In this document: positions 16,938 through 23,203 of the stretch, piece by piece
Layout of the letters: every line of letters starts with the position of its first letter
Numbering within the stretch: position 1 is the stretch's first letter
Program-made: the position numbers and the translations under genes
Notes under the pieces: model-generated
What the model was told of the DNA's origin: nothing
What the model saw: only the letters and a program-made list of their open reading frames with translations
Database searches by the model: none
Source: an uncultured virus (IMG/VR IMGVR_UViG_3300043107_000144)
Taxonomy: Duplodnaviria > Heunggongvirae > Uroviricota > Caudoviricetes
DNA: 25,727 bases
Virus record (IMG/VR): IMGVR_UViG_3300043107_000144
Direction: 5' to 3' (one strand)

Positions 16938-17135
16938 TTATCTGTTCTGCTTTATATAGTTAATCAGGAATATATTGTTTCTAAACGTATTTAGAGCCTT
17001 TGTAAGGCACTTTGCTGTTACGGGTATGTTCTTCTCTGCAAAAGACTTTACAAAGCCGTACAGAGCCTTATTCAGCTCCTCCGTTTCCTTTTCGTCCTCG
17101 CAGTAGATATAGAACTTTGCTTCTCTTGCTATCAT
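16938..17135 (-). CDS. Hypothetical protein
   Basis: 65 aa, ATGA coupling. Confidence 0.7.
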   Translation of the reverse strand: MIAREAKFYIYCEDEKETEELNKALYGFVKSFAEKNIPVTAKCLTKALNTFRNNIFLINYIKQNR

Positions 17136-17479
17136 GGCTCAGGTATGTTAGGTAATGCTTCCGACCTCTGCGCTAGCTCCGCAGGCCGACCATGACCTTG
17201 GCGCAGCGACTGAATAAAACTTACCCCCTGCATAATCTCGTCCTTGTTCGACTTGAACCAAGAGAATACATCTCCTGCGCCCTGCTTTATCTGCTGAAAG
17301 ACGGTGGGCGGCTCTATGTCAAAGTCAGGGATTGATTCTATTCCATCCGCCAAGAAGCCGTAGAGCTTTGTCGCTTGGTCTATGTCCCCTTTGCAGGAAG
17401 CAAGGCAGGACATCTTTAGGCTGATTTTCGAACTCGGATTAATCATACGCAGGTCAATTTTATTTCGTCTGAAAAGCAT
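17132..17479 (-). CDS. Hypothetical protein
   Basis: 115 aa in operon. Confidence 0.75.
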   Translation of the reverse strand: MLFRRNKIDLRMINPSSKISLKMSCLASCKGDIDQATKLYGFLADGIESIPDFDIEPPTVFQQIKQGAGDVFSWFKSNKDEIMQGVSFIQSLRQGHGRPAELAQRSEALPNIPEP

Positions 17480-17498
17480 TTTGAATTAGTTTAAAATC

Positions 17499-17522
17499 GG
17501 GGTAGCCGATAAAGACTACCCC
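17499..17522 (-). terminator. Intergenic hairpin (possible attenuator or stabiliser)
   Basis: GGGGTAG/CTACCCC stem between genes 1 and 2 of the module. Confidence 0.4.
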
Positions 17523-17533
17523 TTAAAAACACC

Positions 17534-18061
17534 TTAGTTACCACAACCGCATCCGCAGTTCTGCTCGGCTACTCTCTGCACGCGAAGGGCGCAGTTCTGC
17601 TGGATTACGCTCGACAAAGGATTGGCAGATGAACTACCATTCAGAAGTGCCAAAGCCTCTGCTGTTGCAAGAGCGTTGGAAGCAGCGGAGCCGCCTGTTG
17701 CGTTGGCGGTAGCACCCTGAAGCGCATACAGCTTGTTGTTTACGTCAAGCGTGATGTTGTCCGCTCTCTGATTGTCGGCAACAATACGGTTGGCGAGCAA
17801 GGCAACCAAATCGGAGTTGGCTTTTGCCTGCGCATTCATCGTGTTGTTGGCACCATCCACGCGAGCCTTCGAAGCCTGATTTACTCCCCAGATACCTGCA
17901 ATGGCAAGAAGCAGGGCACCGCCACCAAGTCCGCAGGCAAGACCAAGACCGGTAGCCGCCATTCCACGTCCTCTATGAGAGCGGTATTCGTCGCCATCAT
18001 AGATTCCTCTTTTCTGTTCAAGCAACGCAAGGTCGCCCGATGTAAGATATTGACTATCCAT
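17534..18061 (-). CDS. Gly/Ala-rich membrane-associated protein ending in CGCGCGN
   Basis: GLGLACGLGGGALLLAIAGIWG hydrophobic segment; first gene of module. Confidence 0.8.
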   Translation of the reverse strand: MDSQYLTSGDLALLEQKRGIYDGDEYRSHRGRGMAATGLGLACGLGGGALLLAIAGIWGVNQASKARVDGANNTMNAQAKANSDLVALLANRIVADNQRADNITLDVNNKLYALQGATANATGGSAASNALATAEALALLNGSSSANPLSSVIQQNCALRVQRVAEQNCGCGCGN

Positions 18062-18102
18062 AGTAGAATAAGTTTATGAATTGCTCCAATATTAGAGTAT
18101 TG

Positions 18103-18219
18103 CAAAGTTATGTATTGACAAGTTTATTCTGAAATTTGTATCATTTTTAGGTTAAATAATTGATTTTGAGTTAAATGTGTGATATTATTTGGAGAAGGGT
18201 AAAAATGTTTTTAGCTTTG
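18103..18219. promoter_or_regulatory. Divergent Bacteroidetes promoters
   Basis: Minus: TAACTTTG (18110-18103) with imperfect -33. Plus: TTTG (18188-91)-N20-TAGCTTTG (18212-19). Confidence 0.65.
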
Positions 18220-18246
18220 TAAACGTAAACAAAAATCTAGTTAGTT

Positions 18247-18375
18247 ATGGGAAAGGCAAAGGTAAGCGTGAGGAAAGGAGGTGGCGGAAAGAGAAAGCCA
18301 AAGAAAGCAGGCTTTAAGACGACCGTCAGGCTGATGGCTCACATAGAAAAGAGAGATGGAGGAAAGAGAGATTGA
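18247..18375 (+). CDS. Small very basic protein (42 aa, not in ORF track)
   Basis: MGKAKVSVRKGGGGKRKPKKAGFKTTVRLMAHIEKRDGGKRD, directly after the promoter. Confidence 0.55.
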   Translation: MGKAKVSVRKGGGGKRKPKKAGFKTTVRLMAHIEKRDGGKRD

Positions 18376-18399
18376 CCTTTTTAGTAAACACGGGAAACA

Positions 18400-18786
18400 A
18401 TGACAAGTGAAGAACTGATTAAGATTTCGAAAATTCTAAGACGCACAACATTGGTGGTAAAGATAGCACCGTTTGTCTTTTCTGCCCTTATCATGGTGGC
18501 TGTTTCAATGTACTATGTGCTGCCGATGGGTGGAGCGTATCTTTTAGACCAAATGGTATATGTATCACCTTTTGTAGTAACAACATTTGTACTATTGTCG
18601 TACTCCTTAAAGCTATGTGTTTGGCATAGAATAGAGTGCGTGCTTCCATTGGTACCGATGTTTATTTCCCTTTACGATGATTACGTTTCGGAGCTGTCCT
18701 GCACGGTAGTCTATGCGGATATTGCAGCCGTTGTAATCATATTCTTACTATCACTACTTAACGCATATAAACTATTCCTAAAATGA
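18400..18786 (+). CDS. Multi-pass (about 4 TM) membrane protein
   Basis: 128 aa, largely hydrophobic. Confidence 0.8.
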   Translation: MTSEELIKISKILRRTTLVVKIAPFVFSALIMVAVSMYYVLPMGGAYLLDQMVYVSPFVVTTFVLLSYSLKLCVWHRIECVLPLVPMFISLYDDYVSELSCTVVYADIAAVVIIFLLSLLNAYKLFLK

Positions 18787-19070
18787 CAGCGAAGGATTTT
18801 GTGCTTGAAATGCTTCGTCATTGGCAGTATCAGGTAGAGCATAACGAGTGTACATCCTCCGAGCTGCAATCTATCTGCGCCATAGCCGAAGAGCATTTGG
18901 TAAGCGAGATAAGCCTTGAAGAGATTAAGACAAGGTATAATCAGAGGGCTGAGAATGTAAGGAACTTCATTAGCCGGCACCTGATGGAAAAGGACAAGAA
19001 AAGAAAGACAGTGTATAACTTTAAGAAAATTCTAAGCAATATTCCGAGCAAGTGGCTTTCGGGCAAATAG
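18783..19070 (+). CDS. Hypothetical protein, possibly nucleic-acid binding
   Basis: 95 aa with basic C-terminus; ATGA coupling. Confidence 0.7.
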   Translation: MTAKDFVLEMLRHWQYQVEHNECTSSELQSICAIAEEHLVSEISLEEIKTRYNQRAENVRNFISRHLMEKDKKRKTVYNFKKILSNIPSKWLSGK

Positions 19071-19086
19071 CGTCCGAGCAAATAGC

Positions 19087-19129
19087 AAAAGAAAAGGGAG
19101 TAGCCTCACGGTTATTCCCTTTCTTTTTT
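19087..19129. terminator. Bidirectional intrinsic terminator
   Basis: AAAAGAAAAGGGAGTAGCC-TCAC-GGTTATTCCCTTTTCTTTT between convergent genes. Confidence 0.85.
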
Positions 19130-19179
19130 AGACAAACAGTCCAAAGCTTCTACAAATGATTACGCCACAAATATACTAA

Positions 19180-19644
19180 TTATTCCTTCTTCACGTACTT
19201 TTTGAAGAGCATTTTTGCTCCCCAAACAAAAAATCCTGCGCAAAGAAGAAATGCGTACCCACCATACTTTACCTTCGCACTCTGCCACCTGCTTAGATTC
19301 TTCTCCACATAGACCGGATAGGGAACAGAATCCACTCTTGCTTTCGAGAGTGAATCATACTTCGCGCGATAATAATCCACAAGCTCATTGTTCTGAGCAT
19401 ACTTGTAGACAACCGTTGTCACTTCCCTTTTCTTGACATTGCCAAGCGAATCAAGCACTTCTCTAACCACCTTATCCCGTGATGTAGAATCCTTCACGTT
19501 CTGCTTGATTACCTGCCTTACCGTATCAACGCGCACGACATTTACCGTGTCGCGGATAACCTTCTCCACAACCTGCGGAATGTTCTTGTGCGTCATGCAG
19601 GAACCAAGAAAGAGCGCAAGGAAGATATACACTAAACCTCTCAT
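19180..19644 (-). CDS. Probable unimolecular spanin
   Basis: Lipobox LFLGS-C at the N-terminus, TM near the C-terminus; coupled to endolysin. Confidence 0.65.
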   Translation of the reverse strand: MRGLVYIFLALFLGSCMTHKNIPQVVEKVIRDTVNVVRVDTVRQVIKQNVKDSTSRDKVVREVLDSLGNVKKREVTTVVYKYAQNNELVDYYRAKYDSLSKARVDSVPYPVYVEKNLSRWQSAKVKYGGYAFLLCAGFFVWGAKMLFKKYVKKE

Positions 19645-20039
19645 AGCAACCTCCATCCTTCCTCAACGTCCTTCATATCCACTTCCACACCATTCTCCAT
19701 GTAAGCCATTGCAGCAACAAGGTTGCACATATCCGCCTTGCTGCTTGTGTCAAGAGTGTAAACGGAAGGAACCTGCAATCTGTTACACACCACACGGATA
19801 TAACGCGCAGTGTTGTTCTCGATGCTTGGTGCCCACCTATTGATGTAGTCCGCTATCGAAACACACTTGTACTTTGTGTGGTACGTCTGCAGGATTTTAA
19901 TTGCTGCACGGAAGCCATAAGCCATCGTCTTGAACTGAAAAAACGCGCTGTCGGTCTGATTTTCACTCAGTCCCTGCCACTTGTCAGAAGACTTTCTGAT
20001 GTTCAGTGGGTTGTTGTTTCTGATACCTCTACTTTCCAT
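19641..20039 (-). CDS. Endolysin, lysozyme-like
   Basis: RGIRNNNPLNIR, F..F.TM.YG.RA, INRWAPSIENNT..YI, AM..MENG. Confidence 0.85.
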   Translation of the reverse strand: MESRGIRNNNPLNIRKSSDKWQGLSENQTDSAFFQFKTMAYGFRAAIKILQTYHTKYKCVSIADYINRWAPSIENNTARYIRVVCNRLQVPSVYTLDTSSKADMCNLVAAMAYMENGVEVDMKDVEEGWRLL

Positions 20040-20040
20040 C

Positions 20041-20355
20041 TTACTCCCTCCCATTTAAATACTTGAAGAAATCGAGCTTGTTACGGGTTAAGAGATAGTC
20101 TTTGTTGTATTTATTAAACTCCCATTCCCGTGTAAAGCATACATAGTCCACCGCTCTGTAACCGTGGGCAATTAACTGAACTAGCCACTCCAGGTTAAAC
20201 CAAATGATATAACCGATGTAGTTAAGGTCTTTCATCTGACAAGTTTGAAGAGCGAATCTTCTCTCTTCTTCGTCAGTTAACTCTTTACCTGCCAAAACAA
20301 GTCCAAACAGATTGATTGTTCGGAATTTCCACCATTTGCTGATTTTCGTTTTCAT
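20041..20355 (-). CDS. Hypothetical lysis-region protein
   Basis: 104 aa; INLFG...QMKDL...FTRE...YL.TR. Confidence 0.75.
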   Translation of the reverse strand: MKTKISKWWKFRTINLFGLVLAGKELTDEEERRFALQTCQMKDLNYIGYIIWFNLEWLVQLIAHGYRAVDYVCFTREWEFNKYNKDYLLTRNKLDFFKYLNGRE

Positions 20356-20403
20356 TGTTTTTCGTTTTTAAAGGATTAGAAATAAAGAACCACGACTTAA
20401 AGA

Positions 20404-21000
20404 TTAGCCGTTGATATGCTGATTCAAGTCGTTCTCAATTCTCTCATAGACCGTTTTCACGTTTGTTCTCTCCCTTGCAGGATTCGGCTTGTCGTAGACT
20501 TCTTTCTCCACCACCTCGCATACCCAGTCAATCCACTCGTCCGATGTGAACTGCGGAAGTTTCCTTCCACGGAAGCGGAAACAGTCGAGCTTGATGTTGC
20601 GGCTCGTGTGAAGGTTAGTGATAAGGTTTCGAATCTTCGCCTGCGTAGCTTCACGGTTGGCGATGTGATTCTCTGTCCTTACACGGGTAATGAATTGAAG
20701 AACCTTCTCCTGCGACAGCTCGAAAAAAGTCTTTGTGATGGTCTGAATCTTTATCTGCGTTTCAGGTCTAAGACCTTCCACAATATCAGACAACATCTCA
20801 TTCTGCGCTTTCGTTTCTTTAAGCAGTTCTGAAACCATTGAGTTATCTCTGTCGATTACTCCCGTGATGGTGGACTTAAACCACTTAAAGCAAGCTACCC
20901 AAAGAAGAGCCGTAAGGATAAGGAAGAATCCTGCACTAATTGCCAAATAGCCATAGTCTGATATGCCCTTGGCGACATCTAATGCCTGACTGACTTCCAT
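20404..21000 (-). CDS. Membrane-anchored protein, holin/antiholin candidate
   Basis: Single N-terminal TM (YLAISAGFFLILTALLWVACF) plus soluble domain, upstream of endolysin. Confidence 0.55.
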   Translation of the reverse strand: MEVSQALDVAKGISDYGYLAISAGFFLILTALLWVACFKWFKSTITGVIDRDNSMVSELLKETKAQNEMLSDIVEGLRPETQIKIQTITKTFFELSQEKVLQFITRVRTENHIANREATQAKIRNLITNLHTSRNIKLDCFRFRGRKLPQFTSDEWIDWVCEVVEKEVYDKPNPARERTNVKTVYERIENDLNQHING

Positions 21001-21419
21001 TACACACCGATTTTAGTCAGTTCTGTCTTTACCCAAGCGATGAACTCGTCATGCTCTGCGACCTCTGCGTCTGTCGCGTCCTCTCTGAACTTGCGTGCCA
21101 TTGAAGCCGTGAAAGAAGCTACCGCCATTGCATCCGAAAGGTGATACGCTGCCATCTCCGCTGCGTTGATAAGACTGTCGCGCGTAGCAGGTTTCTCCGT
21201 GCGGATTGGATAGGCGATGGTCGTTTCAACTTCCTTAAACTCAAAGCTGCCATCCTCTGTCGGTACCTGCTCTTGTCTAACGGACTTCTCATGGGCGATA
21301 AAGTACGTCATGTGAGAGCCTTCGTCAAGAGCGATACACTTACCGTCTTTCCACAAGGTCTTACCCTTGTTGACGTCCTCCTCCTGCGTCGAGGGGACTT
21401 CTGTCTTGTTTACAATCAT
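21000..21419 (-). CDS. Hypothetical protein downstream of RT (tail chaperone or DGR accessory candidate)
   Basis: 139 aa; AGGAGGT upstream; TAATG coupling to next gene. Confidence 0.75.
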   Translation of the reverse strand: MIVNKTEVPSTQEEDVNKGKTLWKDGKCIALDEGSHMTYFIAHEKSVRQEQVPTEDGSFEFKEVETTIAYPIRTEKPATRDSLINAAEMAAYHLSDAMAVASFTASMARKFREDATDAEVAEHDEFIAWVKTELTKIGV

Positions 21420-21461
21420 TTTTACCTCCTTTTTTAGTGAAACTATCTGTATGTGACAAAG

Positions 21462-22763
21462 TTACAAAAATTCTGTAAGTTTTGTACTATCTTTGAAAAT
21501 ATATCCGCTGTGTGATACGATTGTAACATCTTCCAAGGGTAGGATTTGTTCTTTCGGGTAGGATTGTTCGCATTCGTGAAGGAATGCTGCAAGGGAGGAG
21601 TATGAGCCGTGGAACTCGCGTGCTATGTTTATTCCGTCCTGCGGAATACCTATCAGACATTTGAGCCAGTTGGGATTGTTGCTGCTGTCGTATTTTATTT
21701 CGTAATCGTGAATAAAGAAGGTAACTCCATTATCGGCAAGTTCCTTGACGGATATTTGCTGTGCGTCAAGTTTTCTCTCTATCTTTATAGTATTAGTTAG
21801 CTCGCGAAGCTTCATTTTCTTTTCAATGGTTAAAAGCAGGGAGTAACAGTCGGCTTCCTTTAGCAGTCCGAAGTAGCTGCTGTAATTTCTATCGTTTGAC
21901 TTCTTCGCACTGCGGATGGTTGAAAGCCTTACCTTTGTTGTTCCCTTGTTATGGTGATTAATGTGGTTACTTCTTCTTACGATATATCCGCATATATCTA
22001 CGGGCATATCAATAGGTTGAAGGATTATCTCGCTTCTCTTTGCCCTTATCCTAAGTTCGTACCACCAATGGAACATGATTCGCCACTTGACTTTATTTGC
22101 CTGCTCCTTGTCTTTTAGGAAACAGATAACATTGTCAGCATAGCGAACCATCATGCACTCGGACTTTATCTTCTTGTCAAAGTCAAGTAATATAACATGG
22201 TGGATGACAGGTGAGAGCGGTGTACCTACGGGGAAGATTGAGCCAACAAAGGAAAGTGAAACGATGAAGTCATTTTCTTCTCCGTAGAAACCGAGCTTTT
22301 TCAGCTGCTTCCTGACTACGCTTTCCCTGATATGCTCATAGCATTTGCGCATATCAATACAGAGAACGTATTTCAAGTCCCTGCGGTCATATACTGCGTG
22401 CTTTACGCGCTTTAATACGGAGTTGTTTCTTTTCCCGGCTGTGATACCTCTTCCTTTAAGACAGTTCAGTCCTACGTGGACTTCCCTTCTTTTGTAGGCA
22501 GGCATGATTAAGGAAATTGCTACATATTGAAGGACAAGTGTATAAAAAGAAGGTTGAAATGTTGTGCGGTGCTTACCGTTTTTGTTCGTTACTTCTCCCC
22601 TTTTGTAGCTTATTTTCTCTAAGTATGCCTTTGTTTTTATATCCTCAAAGATGTTCCTTGCATACTCTTTATCTCTTAAAGCCAAGAGGACATCGAATCG
22701 GCTTTTCCTGCCTTTCGATGCCTTCTTGATAGCTTTTTCGATGAGTTGTATGTTAACTTCCAT
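21462..22763 (-). CDS. DGR reverse transcriptase with C-terminal extension
   Basis: KASKGRK, KNGKHR, LCIDMRKCY, FPVGTPLSP, VRYADN, DICGY, SYFGLL; adjacent to TR. ATG 22763 preferred over TTG 22790. Confidence 0.92.
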   Translation of the reverse strand: MEVNIQLIEKAIKKASKGRKSRFDVLLALRDKEYARNIFEDIKTKAYLEKISYKRGEVTNKNGKHRTTFQPSFYTLVLQYVAISLIMPAYKRREVHVGLNCLKGRGITAGKRNNSVLKRVKHAVYDRRDLKYVLCIDMRKCYEHIRESVVRKQLKKLGFYGEENDFIVSLSFVGSIFPVGTPLSPVIHHVILLDFDKKIKSECMMVRYADNVICFLKDKEQANKVKWRIMFHWWYELRIRAKRSEIILQPIDMPVDICGYIVRRSNHINHHNKGTTKVRLSTIRSAKKSNDRNYSSYFGLLKEADCYSLLLTIEKKMKLRELTNTIKIERKLDAQQISVKELADNGVTFFIHDYEIKYDSSNNPNWLKCLIGIPQDGINIAREFHGSYSSLAAFLHECEQSYPKEQILPLEDVTIVSHSGYIFKDSTKLTEFL

Positions 22764-22768
22764 GAGAA

Positions 22769-22900
22769 TCAAGTTCTGAGCGTTTCGCAAGAGTTACTTG
22801 CACACCCACTCTGAATTTAGGTGCTTGTCTTATATTTTACGTCTTTCGCGTAAGTCCTTCATCTTTCCTGCTTTGAGGTAGCTTTAAACGCTCAAAACTT
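22769..22900 (-). ncRNA. Structured spacer of DGR RNA closed by a 15-bp fold-back stem
   Basis: 22886-22900 and 22771-22785 are inverted repeats (14/15; the mismatch is a U-G pair in the minus RNA); inner hairpins GCAAG/CTTGC and TTACG/CGTAA. Confidence 0.65.
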
Positions 22901-23005
22901 TAGCAAACCCTCCATTATTGACGTTCGTATTAGAAGCTCCATTATTGCAATTCGCACTACGACGAGCGCAATTAGTGTCATTCGCATTACCGCCAAAACG
23001 CAAAG
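22892..23005 (-). repeat. DGR template repeat (TR)
   Basis: 114-bp gapless match to 23215-23328; 10 AAY codons; 13 of 15 mismatches are at TR adenines. Confidence 0.95.
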
Positions 23006-23153
23006 AGGCTTTGATAAAGAACTCTTATCGCAGCTGTACTCCACCGATTCGGAGGTTGCATCCCAATGTGCAACTTGTCGGTTTTGAACAGCGTTTGCAA
23101 AGATAGTATAAATTTTCAACTCTCCAAACTTTTTTCCCGAGAATTAAAAGGCG

Positions 23154-23189
23154 GGGCGATTGCATCGCCCTTTATTGCGCTTGCAGCGC
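23154..23189 (-). promoter_or_regulatory. Tandem hairpins downstream of VR (target-recognition candidates)
   Basis: Minus strand GCGCT-GCA-AGCGC (23189-23177) and GGGCGAT-GCA-ATCGCCC (23170-23154). Confidence 0.7.
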
Positions 23190-23203
23190 TGCTGCGCCTA
23201 ACG

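Noticed and set aside
19090..19175. Possible short minus-strand sRNA from TATATTTG (19175-19168) to the terminator
   Set aside because: Only a -7 box, no clear -33 element or independent structure.
21462..22763. RT as group II intron or retron
   Set aside because: The adjacent adenine-biased TR/VR pair explains it; no intron domain V or msr/msd layout recognised.
22892..23119. 75-aa ORF over the TR as a possible avd
   Set aside because: TTG start, too short, overlaps the TR and has no Avd-like character.
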